Assembly: GCA_963662465.1 (NCBI GenBank)
Contig: OY759599.1
Coordinates: 1,376,001-1,440,000 of the forward strand
Length of the DNA stretch: 64,000 nucleotides
Direction of reading: 5' to 3'
DNA from: Desulfatiglandales bacterium
GTDB lineage: Bacteria > Desulfobacterota > DSM-4660 > Desulfatiglandales > Desulfatiglandaceae
The translations under genes and the position numbers were made by a program. The notes under the pieces were generated by a model, which did no database searches, had not been told where the DNA came from, and worked only from the letters and a program-made list of their open reading frames with translations. Below, piece by piece: positions 1 through 10,915 of this stretch. Position 1 is the first letter of the stretch. Every line of letters begins with the position of its first letter.

Positions 1-27
1 GCAATTCATTTAAAAATATTGAACAAC

Positions 28-78
28 ACCCCCAACGCCTCTCGTAAGATCTGCGCACCATTGGGGGTTACTTTTTTT
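28..78 (+). ncRNA. Candidate structured RNA or attenuator upstream of the Abi gene (possible AbiF RNA antitoxin, may be cut by the window edge)
   Basis: ACCCCCAA (28-35) pairs with TTGGGGGT (61-68) and is followed by a T-tract, directly upstream of an AbiF/D-family ORF. Confidence 0.45.
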
Positions 79-91
79 ATGGGGGCTTTTC

Positions 92-988
92 ATGCAATTT
101 GAAAAGTCCCCCAAAACATTTGATGAGCAGGTTGATCTGCTCATTTCGCGCGGCATGCGGATAGATAATCCAAAACGCGCCAAACGTTATCTTTCCCACC
201 TCAATTACTACCGCTTTGCAGCATACTGGCTGCCATTCGAACAGGATCACCCCACGCATCGTTTTAAACCGGGCGTTACATTTGATTTGGTGTTTGAGCA
301 TTATATTTTTGATCGAAAGCTGCGCCTGCTCATCATGGATGCCATAGAGCGGGTCGAGGTTTCCCTTCGTACACGCTGGGCCTATCACCTTGCCCATTCC
401 CATGGCCCCCACGCCCTGCTGGACAAAACCCTCTTTAAAGCCAGGTGGCCTCATACAGATAATATCATTTCCCTCAAAAAGACGGTCCACAGCAGTTCAG
501 AAGTTTTTATTCGTCACTTTAAGAAGTATGATGAAGCGTTGCCTCCCGTCTGGGTCGTTTGCGAGATCATGACCCTTGGGCAGCTGTCAAAATGGTACGC
601 GAATCTGAAACGCGGCCAGGATCGCAACGCAGTGGCTCACGGTTATGGAATGGATGAGGTGAACCTCACCTCTTTCCTGCACCATTTGACCATTGTCCGT
701 AATCACTGCGCCCATCATGCAAGAATCTGGAACCGGGAATTTACCTTTTCGTGGAAACTTCCCAAGAAAAAGCCCTCCGCCTTGCGACAGAATTTCAATT
801 GGGCGGATAACCGCAGAATCTATAATACGCTTGTGATGTTGGCCTACCTCATGGACAGCATGGGCTCCAACAGTTGGAAAGAGCGTTTGTATGGTCTTTT
901 CATTAAACACCCGGATGTGAAGGCCGGTGCCATGGGTTTCCCCCCGGACTGGCTTGGCAGGCAAATCTGGCAGGATATTAAAGCATAG
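92..988 (+). CDS. Abi family protein (AbiD/AbiF, Abi_2, HEPN-type)
   Basis: N-terminal KTFDEQVDLLISRGM, NYYRFAAYW, FDRKLRLLIMDAIERVEVSLR, and HEPN-like RNHCAHHARIWN. Confidence 0.9.
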   Translation: MQFEKSPKTFDEQVDLLISRGMRIDNPKRAKRYLSHLNYYRFAAYWLPFEQDHPTHRFKPGVTFDLVFEHYIFDRKLRLLIMDAIERVEVSLRTRWAYHLAHSHGPHALLDKTLFKARWPHTDNIISLKKTVHSSSEVFIRHFKKYDEALPPVWVVCEIMTLGQLSKWYANLKRGQDRNAVAHGYGMDEVNLTSFLHHLTIVRNHCAHHARIWNREFTFSWKLPKKKPSALRQNFNWADNRRIYNTLVMLAYLMDSMGSNSWKERLYGLFIKHPDVKAGAMGFPPDWLGRQIWQDIKA

Positions 989-1492
989 ATCTGCTCAGCA
1001 TCAGCTTGGATACACACTCTCACAGGAAAGATATCCTGACATTTACATGAAATACGGAGAAAAAGATGAACCATTCCATTGAAAACGACCTGAGACTCAT
1101 CGAAGCCGGATTCCCCTGTCACCAGGTGGGGGCGGAAACCCAGCGGGAACGTGGAGCCAGCAGTGCTCTGCCGCCTCTCTACTTCCTCCATGTCTGGTGG
1201 GCGCGGCGGCCCCTTACCCCGAGCCGGGCGGCCATCCTGGCTTCCCTGCTTCCCGCGGACACGGACCCGGACTGGTTCCTGCGACAGTTGGGCATTGAAA
1301 AGCGGGTGGTGGAGATCAATGGGGAACAATGGACCCTCACCGGGAAGATCCTGGAGAAGATTGAGGTGGATGAGGCTGGGGCTGAGGTTCTGCCTGTGGA
1401 TGAGCGGGTAATCAAGGCGATTATGGTGGAAAATCAGCAGAGACAGGAACTCCGGGATTTTCTTGAAAACTGCCGCAGGGATGATGTTTCTA

Positions 1493-3290
1493 CAGCAATT
1501 CCCGGTCAAGAATTTACTCACAGAGTTTGAAAAACATATTTCAAAAACAAACCCTGAGATCAGATCCTTTTCAGAAAAATTGTATTAAATCCACTATTAC
1601 CTCCCTCGATTTCTTGCAGGTTGAGCTTCTTTGACAAGAGTAAGAGCATAAAAGCACGAGTTAGGGCAGAGATATCCATTTCCGGAATCTCCAGTTTTTT
1701 ATTAATGAGAGCATTTTTGTATGCGAACTTGGGCATGACAAATTTAACCACTGTTATATAGAATAACTGGCGCTTGAAACTTTACGCCATAATAGAGGGC
1801 TTCATAGAGCATCCTCATCGATTTGAATTCAAAATCTCTAAACAAAGCTCTCATCCGTTCCCACAATTCCCTTTTTGAGCCGAGTTTATGCCATGCGGCT
1901 ATAAATAGAGGGCAACAAAGCTGTTGAGTTTGATCCACCAAGAATGCCAGCATCATGAGCATCGCAAAAACAACACTCAGATTCTTCTTGCCGAGCCCGT
2001 AGTTGTGTTCAAAATGATATCCTTGGTTCTTAAGAGTATTGAAGGTTTCATTTTCGATCTTCCATCTCGCACGGCCGCCTCGCATTAGCTGGTATGCATT
2101 GTCCTTTCCTATTAAAAAATCTGTCACCCAACTAAAATGTTTTGTTTTTTTCGGTGTAATTTCCCAATATTCCAGAAAGTTAACCAGCATATTCTTGTTA
2201 GAGGCATTGAGAGGTACCTGGTTAATAAATCGGAAACGATGTATTTTTTCCGGATCCTCTTTATCGACCAATTCGAATTCAGTGACGTCACCATTTATCC
2301 GCGCTTGTTCGACGTGATTAAACAAGAAATGGTGATCTCCTTTTTTAACTCCCAGAATATAATGAAAATTTTGCTTTTGTATTTCTTCAATGTGGGGTGC
2401 ATTCGAACTTAACGCGTCCTCTGTTATAATGATAGGCAGATGGGGATGCTCCTCTTTTAGCTTTTGCAAGAAACGTTTCGCGGCATTACGCTCACAGTCG
2501 TTCTTGCTTTGGCCATCCTGCTTGACTATGAATTCCGGAGCAAGCGGAATGACCTCTTTGAAATCCGGATGGACAATTGCTGCCCCCAACATCTGCTGAT
2601 AATAGGTTTTTTCGCCGGTTTTTTTCGATACTTTTACCAAACAACTATCAGAGGAAAGTTTCTTCGATGAGAAGAAACCCGTTCCATCCAAAGATAGAAG
2701 ATAACAACCTTCGAAAAATACCATACGTTCAAGCACCTTTCCCCTTTGCAGTTCCCAGAAGATATTCCTATACGGTTTCCGAAGTTCTTCTGCGAGCACT
2801 TCATCAAGAATGGTGCGCATCGTACTGTCACATGGGATCTTTCCAATATGGTATATGTTCCCAAGATTACTATCGGTTTTTCTTCTTTCATCAAAGGCAA
2901 GCAACGATGGCTCCTTGAGCGAAAACATTGCAAACCCGGACATCAAGGCATCCGCAATAGTAATATCGGGATCCTCACGGCAGTCAGAGACTTCAGAAAA
3001 ATCTTTATGCAGACGCTTGAAAATTGCATCTGCATTAAGATGCTTGCGAACTCCAATCTTGCCTCTCTCTTTTCTTCCTTTTTGGCTTCTGATTCCCATA
3101 GGCAGTAATCATCGGCCAAGTTGATCTGAAAGTCCAGCTTTTTCTGAGAATTGCCAAAAAAATTCCTGTTTTATTTTAAAAATTGGAGAAAAAAGCCTTT
3201 TCAGGCTATTCATTCAACGTAAAGCTTTACGAAAAGGAAATGCCAAAAGGTACTGTCCTAGCGCCTTTAGAATCTAAGCGGGAATTGCTG
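1493..3290 (-). mobile_element. Insertion sequence, 1798 bp, DDE type (ISNCY/IS4-like)
   Basis: 12-bp perfect terminal IR CAGCAATTCCCG; 9-bp target duplication ATGTTTCTA at 1484-1492 and 3291-3299. Confidence 0.92.
1744..3099 (-). CDS. DDE transposase
   Basis: LDGTG, TEDAL and GRARWKIENETFNTLK motifs; lies between the IRs. Confidence 0.9.
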   Translation of the reverse strand: MGIRSQKGRKERGKIGVRKHLNADAIFKRLHKDFSEVSDCREDPDITIADALMSGFAMFSLKEPSLLAFDERRKTDSNLGNIYHIGKIPCDSTMRTILDEVLAEELRKPYRNIFWELQRGKVLERMVFFEGCYLLSLDGTGFFSSKKLSSDSCLVKVSKKTGEKTYYQQMLGAAIVHPDFKEVIPLAPEFIVKQDGQSKNDCERNAAKRFLQKLKEEHPHLPIIITEDALSSNAPHIEEIQKQNFHYILGVKKGDHHFLFNHVEQARINGDVTEFELVDKEDPEKIHRFRFINQVPLNASNKNMLVNFLEYWEITPKKTKHFSWVTDFLIGKDNAYQLMRGGRARWKIENETFNTLKNQGYHFEHNYGLGKKNLSVVFAMLMMLAFLVDQTQQLCCPLFIAAWHKLGSKRELWERMRALFRDFEFKSMRMLYEALYYGVKFQAPVILYNSG

Positions 3291-6098
3291 ATGTTTCTAC
3301 CTCTTTCAAGGGCACGATTGTTCGCTGGCTTGAGGAGGTTCAAAATGTAAACATCGAAGGAATAGGTCAGGTTTTACATGTTGAGAGACACGCTGGAGAT
3401 CCTGCCTGGGCTAATGAAAAACAGAGGCTTGGTAAAGCTGTGGGATATCGATTCCCAGGGGAGCCCTACGGGTACACAAGAGCATTTCAGAATTCCAATG
3501 ATGGAGTGAATGCGCAAAAAGATCTCGTGGTTCTCGACCCAACAGCTGGGGGAGGGTCAATTCCATTTGAAGCGTTTCGACTTGGTTATAGGGTTATTGC
3601 AAATGAATTGAATCCCGTAGCTTCTGTTATTTTGCACGCTACAATTGATTTTCCTGCGAGATGGGGTTTCGATCTTACAGGCGAAATACAAGCTTGGGGA
3701 AACAAACTTCTCGGGAATGCCCAATCTGATCTGCAGGGTGTTTTCCCGGACAAACAATTGCTGCCGAATATTGAACGGAAAATGCTGGAGTCCCATTTGA
3801 AGTCATTTTCGAATTACGCTTCTGATTTTGATTATGAAGAAATTATGGATTACCTCTACTGCCGGCAGGTCAGCTGTCCCAACTGCGGGGGCGAGGCCCC
3901 TCTACTGAATACCTGCTGGTTGAGCAAGGAAGCGGGAAAGCAGTGGGGCGTAAAGATCCTGACTGACGGGGAATCCAAAAACGGGAGGGTCCGGTTTGAA
4001 ACCTACCGGATATCCGGCGGTAAAGGACCGGCGGGAGAGGACCCGAATTTTGCAACAGTGAACCGGGGTATCGGACAGTGCATCCACTGCAAACAGGCCA
4101 TTGATGCAGATGAAATCAAATCTCAGGCGCGGGGAGAATCCCCCACGGGGACATGGCGTGATCGTCTCTATTGCGTGGTGGCAGTACGCTTTCAACCCAA
4201 ACTGGACAAAGCGGGCAATCTCCAACGGTACAAGGGCGGTAAAAAGGCCGGGCAAATCAAGACCGAAAAAATCCGGTTTTTCAGACCTCCCAATCAACAG
4301 GATCTTGATGCTCTTGAAGCGGCTGAAAAACAACTCATGGCCAACTGGGACCGCTTGGATGATACAGGGCTCATTCCCACCGAACGAATCCCCCTGGCGC
4401 ACAAGACCAAAGAACCGCTCCGAGTGGGCATGAACCGCTGGTGCGACATGTTTACGCCGAGGCAGCTCCTGGGGCATCTCACACTGGTGGAAGAACTCAA
4501 CCGGCTTAAACCGGAGATCCTTGTGGATCTCGGCGAGGACAGAGGACGGGCTGTGGCGACCTATCTTCAGTTCGCCATTGATAAAGGGTTGGATTACAAC
4601 AGCCGGCAGACGAGGTGGGAATATACAAGAGGGATTGTAAAAGGCACTTTTGGACGACATGATTTTTCGCTCAAATGGACGTTTGGTGAGATGATTTTTT
4701 CCGGACCCAATTCGGGCGCTGCCTGGGGATTGAGCCAGATCCTTGACGCTTACAAAGGGATCTCATTGCTTCTTGAGGGAACGGAAAGATCAAGTCAACG
4801 TGCCGCATTCATCAAAAACGGCACGGCTGCTCACCTAAACGGCATAGAAGATGGCTCGGTGGATCTTATTTGTATGGACCCCCCATACTACAACAATGTT
4901 CAGTACGCAGAACTCTCCGATTATTTCTACGTATGGCAAAGGCGAACCTTGCACGATCTCTATCCCGATTATTTTACCCGCCGCCTCACCAACAAACAGG
5001 ATGAAGCGGTGGCAAACCCGGATCGGGACGGTGGCACTAAGGGCGCCAAACAAGCCTATGAACGAATGATGGGAGAAATCTTCCACGAATGCCGTAGGGT
5101 TCTCAAAGACAACGGCATCATGACCCTCATGTTCACCCATAAGAGCCAGGATGCCTGGGAAACCCTCACCCGTTCCCTGATTGAAAACGGGTGGAACATC
5201 ACCGCTTCGTTTCCAGTTGAATCCGAAACCCTGCAAGGATTTCATACCAAGGAGACCGCTTCAGCCATCAGTTCTATTTTCCTCTCCTGCCGAAAACGCC
5301 TGAAAGAATCGAACGAACCCGCCACCTGGACCGGTTTTGGCGGAAAGGGGGTACAGCAGAAAATCCGCGGTGCGGTGAGGGATGGGCTTGCGGAATTTGC
5401 GCCGCTCAAGCTCAACCCCGTGGATGAAATGGTGGCATCCTACGGTCGAGCCCTGCGGGTGCTGTCGGAGCAGTGGCCGGTGCTGGACGGGGATGAGGAA
5501 GTGGGACCGGTGCGGGCCATGAACGAGGCCAGTCGGGTGGTGGCGGAAAACCAGATCCGGCGGATAACAAACGGCAGCCTTCAGGTGGAAGAACTCTCCC
5601 CCGAGGCGGCCATGGCCCTCACCCTGTACGGCATCTATGGGTTGGGGGAATTACCCTATGACGAGGCATTGAACCTGTCCCGCTCCCTGAATATCTCTCT
5701 CGAAGGCAAGACCGGCGGATACAAGGCCGAAGGTCGGTTCATCGGGGTAAATACGGCGGCTCATTCAGGCCGAAGGAGTCAGCAGGCCCGGGCCGAGGAC
5801 ACCGGCTTTTTTGCCCCGCTCATTCGAAAGGGATCCAAACTGCGACTGGCAAGACCCGATGAACGGAGCACGCGACGACTGGAAAACCCGCAGACCGAAT
5901 GGGACCTGCTCCAGGGGCTGGTCATGGCCTACCGAAAAGGAGATATTCCCGTGGCAAGGGGGTATTTATCGCAATATGCCGAAGGCCGTGAAGAGCGGGT
6001 GATGCACCTGCTTGCGGTCTGGGCCGCGGAGATGCCCGATGAAAAACAACGAAAAGAGGCCCAAGCCATGGTCTTCGGCCTGAAATAAGGGGGCCCCC

Positions 6099-9000
6099 GT
6101 AACAAACCCCAACCGGACGGTAAAGAGCTTCAAAAGCAGGGAGTGGCAATACGCCTACAAAACTTCCACCCCCGGCTCCGGCGGAAAGGCCGTCAACATT
6201 CTGCACGACTTTTACATCCCCGCCCTCAGCCTGAGCGTGCAGTATGACCGGGTGGCCGGGTACTTCCGTTCATCCTCCCTTGCCTCGGCATCCCAGGGAT
6301 TTTCCGCCTTTACGGCATCGGGTGGAAAAATGCGGTTGATTGCAGGGGCCGACTTTGCTGAAGAAGATGTCCTCGCTATCCTGGAAGGTAACCAGGACCT
6401 CCTGGCCCGACGTCTGGATCAGGATCTCGGTGATGATGCAACCTGGCCGGAAGAGGTCAAAAGAGGGGTTGAACTCCTCTCGTGGATGGTGGCCAAAGGG
6501 CATCTCGAAGTGCGTGTGGCTTTTCGGGTTTGTGGAAATACCGGAAAGCCCCTTGCTTATGGGGATACCCTGGATGGGTATGTGCATGAAAAATGGGCGG
6601 TGTTTACCGATGAACAAGGAAACCGTCTCTGCATCGCCGGTTCCCTCAACGAATCTCGGACAGCCCTGGTGTTGAACGCGGAGAATATCGACCTTCACGC
6701 GGACTGGTGGAACGACCTGGAAAAGCGCCGAACCGATGACGCATCGGGCGGTTTTGAAACCCTGTGGCAGGATGAGAACCCCCACCTTCGGGTGCTTCCT
6801 CTGCCCGAGGCGGTTCGGCAAAGACTGATTCAGATCGGAAAAGAGGTTAAGGCCCCCATTGAAATTGACGGCTCCACGGCCATCAAGCCCCAGGTAGACC
6901 CGCCCTCTGCCCTCGAACGCCTAAAATTCGCCCTCATCAAAGACGGCCCTCATCTTCCGGGCGGCCGGTTCGTGGGGATGGAGACTGCTCCCGTGAACCC
7001 CTGGCCCCATCAGGAGGTAGTCGCCCGCCGGCTGGTGGAGACCTGGCCTTACAGTTATCTCCTGTGTGATGAAGTGGGGTTGGGAAAAACCATTGAGGCA
7101 GGCCTGGCCATCCGTTCCCTCTACCTGTCGGGACTCGTCAAACGGGTACTCATTGCGCCCCCTGCCAGCCTGACCCGCCAGTGGCATCGCGAAATGGAAT
7201 CCAAGTTTTTCCTCCCCTTTGCGCGGATTCTTTCGGGAACGCCCGTGAGATACGAGACCCTCTTTCCCTTTGAGGAAACCACCTATGGCAAAGGCCTTTA
7301 CGATCCCAACCTCTGCATCGTCTCCACAGGTCTTCTGAGCAGAAAAGAGCGGCTCATGGAGCTCCGGACGGCAGAATCTTTTGACATCGCCCTCATCGAC
7401 GAGGCCCATTACGCCAGGAGAAAAAATCCCGTGAACGGGACTCGGGCGAACCCGCGATTTGGCAATCTCTACGGGGCTCTGCGAGACTATCTCAGGAATA
7501 AAACAGGGTGCCTCTGGATGGCCACGGCCACTCCCATGCAGCTTGACTGGGTGGAAGTTTTTGATTTGCTTTGCCTCATCGGAAGGGTCGGGCCGTTTCA
7601 GTTCGATCCGTCGCTCACACAGACCTACTATCACACCTTAGGCTCCCTGGTGCGCGGACAGAGAATCACCGAGGAAGCATGGGAGATGTTGCGCCGGGCC
7701 ATTGCTTCGCTGGAACGGCACGACCCGTTTCTGTGGCAATATCTGAATGGGGCTGTTATTTACGGCATCGTGCGGACCGCGGCAAAACAGTGGCTCGAAC
7801 AGGGCAGAACCCCGGTGGGGACCGACAGGAAACATATTCAAAGGCTGATATTTTCAGCAGCACCCCTCTCCCGGGTAATGCTCAGACACACCCGGCCGCT
7901 CCTGGAGTTATACCAGGAAAAGAACCTATTAGAGGAAACTTTAGCGAGGCGCGAAATCCTGCCCGTTCCCCCCATTGTCATGACCTCCCTTGAACGACAG
8001 GCCTATGATGAACTGGAGGCCTATTGTCTGGATCTCACCTCGAAAATCGCGTCCTGCGCCGATGGAAAAAAGGTCCCCACAAGCCTTGGGTTTCTGCTCA
8101 GTTTTCTGAGGCTCCGTTTTGCCTCAAGCCTCTTTGCCATTAGGGAAACCATCAGAAGAAGATACGAACGGGTGATGGCGACTCTCGACCATCATCAACA
8201 GCGTGAAGAAAACGGAATCGATGTTGATGATCCGGAATTCCTGATGGACGAAGGGTACGAGGCCGACAATCGCATCCTGGAATCGCTCCTGAAAAACCGC
8301 ACGCCTCAGGATCTGAAATGGGAGCGGGGGCGTCTTGAAACCATGCTCCTCACCCTGAATGATTTATCCGGCACACCCTCTAAAATGAAGGAACTCCTTT
8401 CCGTTTTGAACAGGCGCCGCCAAGGCGGAGGGAGGATAAAACAGACGGTCATTTTTACAAGGTTTTACGACACTCTCCAGGATATTGTGAAAAGGCTTCG
8501 GGATATTGATTCATCTCTACTGATCGGGACCTATTCGGGAAGGGGCGGACAGTTTGTGGATCCAAGTACCAAAAGACTTTGCGGCGTGGAAAGGGATGAA
8601 ATTAAACGCCGGTTCCTGCGGGAAGAAATCGACATCCTTATCTGTACAGACGCTGCGGCCGAAGGGTTGAACCTTCAGACGGCCGATCTGCTCATCAATT
8701 ACGACCTTCCCTGGAACCCCATGAAGGTGGAACAGCGCATCGGCCGTATCGACCGCATCGGCCAGAAACATGACAACATCTTTGTGCTGAACCTTTGTTA
8801 CGTGGATTCGGCGGAGCAGATTGTCTATGACAGGCTCCTCAAGAGACTGGCCCAGGCGGGCGACATCGTGGGGTTGCAGCAGGTTTCCCTTCTTCCGGTA
8901 ACGGAGGAAGAGTTCAATGATCTGGCTGCGGGGGTGCTGAAGCCCGACGAGCTGGAGAAACGGGCCAGGGAAAGGATCGCCCTCCAAAAAAGCCGGACGG

Positions 9001-10001
9001 AGAGTATGGAGATCCCGGCAGCGGATCTCTACAATATCTACCTTCGCATGAGCGAGAAACGACAGGGGAACGTCTCACCCGTAACCCTCGAATCCATTTG
9101 GGAAGTCATCTCAAACGCAGCCTATTTGAAAGACCTGGGTTGTACCCTTTCGCCTGGCAATGGTCCCCAATATCTCAAAGTGCGGGGAGTGGACGGCATA
9201 CCGGAAGAAACCTGTCTTACGGTAGACCGAAAGCTCTATGACCGGGGAGGGGCGAATATGGAGGGAAGGCTCCACTTTGCCTCCTATGGTGATCCGGTAT
9301 TCGATGCGCTCATGGACGAGTTTCAGCAGTATGAGCTGCCCCCGTATGTTGTAAGGCTCACTGAAAATGTGCTGGAGCTGAATGTGGAGGTCATGGCCTA
9401 TGCGGCCGCCGGCATAAGCGAAAAAGGGCTTTCCGAAGTTCGCTTGATCGCGTCCTTGAAGGATCTGGATGGATTTATACTAAACGAAACGGCGGAACTG
9501 TTCGAGACTCAACTGGAACCTCTGCGAAAAAAGCTTCATAACCTGGTTAGGCAGGCGTTCGACCCCACCCGCGCCGTGAAAAGGCTGGAAAAGCAAAATG
9601 AACGGGCAGGCCTCGCCCAGAACATCATGAATCTTCTGATCATCCGGAAGCTCCTCCCACCCCCGGGGCACACGGATGCGGATAATTTCTGGTCCACAGT
9701 AAAAGACCGCCTGGATCCCTTGCTTGAAAAAAGGGAGCGGCTAATGGTTCCCGATATGCCGGTCAACATCCTGACGGCCCTCCGCGACGAACTGCCCTAC
9801 GAGCTGGATCTGCCGCGGGTTGGAGAAAAGACGGTTCTTACACTGCCCATTTACGCCGTGGCCGCCGGAGTGGACTCAGCATGCAGACTGGCCGATTCTA
9901 TGAGAAAGAAAAAGTCGGATCTCACCATTTCCATGGTGCAGGGCCGATTGGATCGGGAGATTGAAAAAGAGTTGAAGGTGTACAAGCGGTTCTTTGTTTA
10001 G
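6099..10001 (+). CDS. PLD-nuclease/SNF2-family helicase fusion; natural start appears to be a non-canonical GTA at 6099, first canonical start GTG 6237
   Basis: YDRVAGYFRSSSL, PLD-like HEKW..GSLN, DEVGLGKT, DEAH, TATP, EGLNLQ and QRIGRIDRIGQ; frame is open upstream to 6084. Confidence 0.85.
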   Translation, partial: VTNPNRTVKSFKSREWQYAYKTSTPGSGGKAVNILHDFYIPALSLSVQYDRVAGYFRSSSLASASQGFSAFTASGGKMRLIAGADFAEEDVLAILEGNQDLLARRLDQDLGDDATWPEEVKRGVELLSWMVAKGHLEVRVAFRVCGNTGKPLAYGDTLDGYVHEKWAVFTDEQGNRLCIAGSLNESRTALVLNAENIDLHADWWNDLEKRRTDDASGGFETLWQDENPHLRVLPLPEAVRQRLIQIGKEVKAPIEIDGSTAIKPQVDPPSALERLKFALIKDGPHLPGGRFVGMETAPVNPWPHQEVVARRLVETWPYSYLLCDEVGLGKTIEAGLAIRSLYLSGLVKRVLIAPPASLTRQWHREMESKFFLPFARILSGTPVRYETLFPFEETTYGKGLYDPNLCIVSTGLLSRKERLMELRTAESFDIALIDEAHYARRKNPVNGTRANPRFGNLYGALRDYLRNKTGCLWMATATPMQLDWVEVFDLLCLIGRVGPFQFDPSLTQTYYHTLGSLVRGQRITEEAWEMLRRAIASLERHDPFLWQYLNGAVIYGIVRTAAKQWLEQGRTPVGTDRKHIQRLIFSAAPLSRVMLRHTRPLLELYQEKNLLEETLARREILPVPPIVMTSLERQAYDELEAYCLDLTSKIASCADGKKVPTSLGFLLSFLRLRFASSLFAIRETIRRRYERVMATLDHHQQREENGIDVDDPEFLMDEGYEADNRILESLLKNRTPQDLKWERGRLETMLLTLNDLSGTPSKMKELLSVLNRRRQGGGRIKQTVIFTRFYDTLQDIVKRLRDIDSSLLIGTYSGRGGQFVDPSTKRLCGVERDEIKRRFLREEIDILICTDAAAEGLNLQTADLLINYDLPWNPMKVEQRIGRIDRIGQKHDNIFVLNLCYVDSAEQIVYDRLLKRLAQAGDIVGLQQVSLLPVTEEEFNDLAAGVLKPDELEKRARERIALQKSRTESMEIPAADLYNIYLRMSEKRQGNVSPVTLESIWEVISNAAYLKDLGCTLSPGNGPQYLKVRGVDGIPEETCLTVDRKLYDRGGANMEGRLHFASYGDPVFDALMDEFQQYELPPYVVRLTENVLELNVEVMAYAAAGISEKGLSEVRLIASLKDLDGFILNETAELFETQLEPLRKKLHNLVRQAFDPTRAVKRLEKQNERAGLAQNIMNLLIIRKLLPPPGHTDADNFWSTVKDRLDPLLEKRERLMVPDMPVNILTALRDELPYELDLPRVGEKTVLTLPIYAVAAGVDSACRLADSMRKKKSDLTISMVQGRLDREIEKELKVYKRFFV

Positions 10002-10123
10002 AACGCCCCAGGGGGCACGTCAATGCATGCGGTCTCGAAACGTTGGAACCAGATTGTGACGGTCACTCCGGGGTTCTTTCACGAGTGCGACAGACAATTC
10101 CACAGCATGAGCTTATCTTCAAA

Positions 10124-10915
10124 ATGATTACATTCGAGCCGATTTGTAACGGAAACTTTTGGTCGGGATCAGATTGGTCGATCACCGACGAGGATGAATT
10201 GGCTGCGCTGATTGCACGCGTAGCCCTCGGGCAATATCGTCATGTCTTGAAAGTTCTGAATGAGACCGACTGCATCGCTTACGCACCTACCCAGAGTGCG
10301 TTGGCAGGTGCGATTCAAACGTTGACCGCAAAAGATCCTGAAAAGCCGTATCATCGCGATGGATGGCTTTTTCAGGTGATCTCTTGGATTGCTGCCAACT
10401 TGCAAGATCCCGAAACTCTCAAGTCACCACCTCACATTATCCATGCCGACAAAGGATTTGATGGCCTTCATCTCCGTTTAGATGCGTCCAATGAGAATGT
10501 TGTTTCAGTCATTGTCTGTGAAGAAAAAGCGACAGATGGGCCGCGCGGGAAAATTACCAGCGAGGTCTGGCCGGAATTTAAGTCACTAGAGGCTGGGGAG
10601 CGGGACAATGAGCTGGTCTCCGAGACGACCACACTCTTAGCTCAAAACAGTCACCTAGACCCAGACAGAGCGGTTTACGAAATCCTTTGGAAACAGGCCC
10701 GTGCTTACCGCATCTCGATCACGATCGGGGACAAGAATTGCTCCAATGAGGGCAGGAAGAGTCTGTTCAAAGGGTACAAAAATGTGACACCCGGTGATAA
10801 TGTTGAAAAGAGACGAGCCGAAACTTTCCATCAAAGTAAACTGCGCGCCTGGATGAAGAGAATGGCGGCGAAGGCCATTGAAGCCGCAAGAGACATGGAG
10901 GCTGAGAATGTATGA
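10124..10915 (+). CDS. hamA: Hachiman HamA-like (DUF1837-like) nuclease-fold protein
   Basis: KGFDGLH...CEEKA PD-(D/E)xK-like motif; stop overlaps the start of a large Ski2-like helicase. Confidence 0.65.
   Translation: MITFEPICNGNFWSGSDWSITDEDELAALIARVALGQYRHVLKVLNETDCIAYAPTQSALAGAIQTLTAKDPEKPYHRDGWLFQVISWIAANLQDPETLKSPPHIIHADKGFDGLHLRLDASNENVVSVIVCEEKATDGPRGKITSEVWPEFKSLEAGERDNELVSETTTLLAQNSHLDPDRAVYEILWKQARAYRISITIGDKNCSNEGRKSLFKGYKNVTPGDNVEKRRAETFHQSKLRAWMKRMAAKAIEAARDMEAENV

Larger units (their letters stand above)
1066..6088 (+). pseudogene. DUF1156-domain adenine DNA methyltransferase split by an IS
   Basis: N-part has LHVWWARRPL (DUF1156); C-part has DPTAGGGSIP and DPPY. Removing 1493-3299 rejoins both halves in frame to give about 1071 aa. 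Confidence 0.9.
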
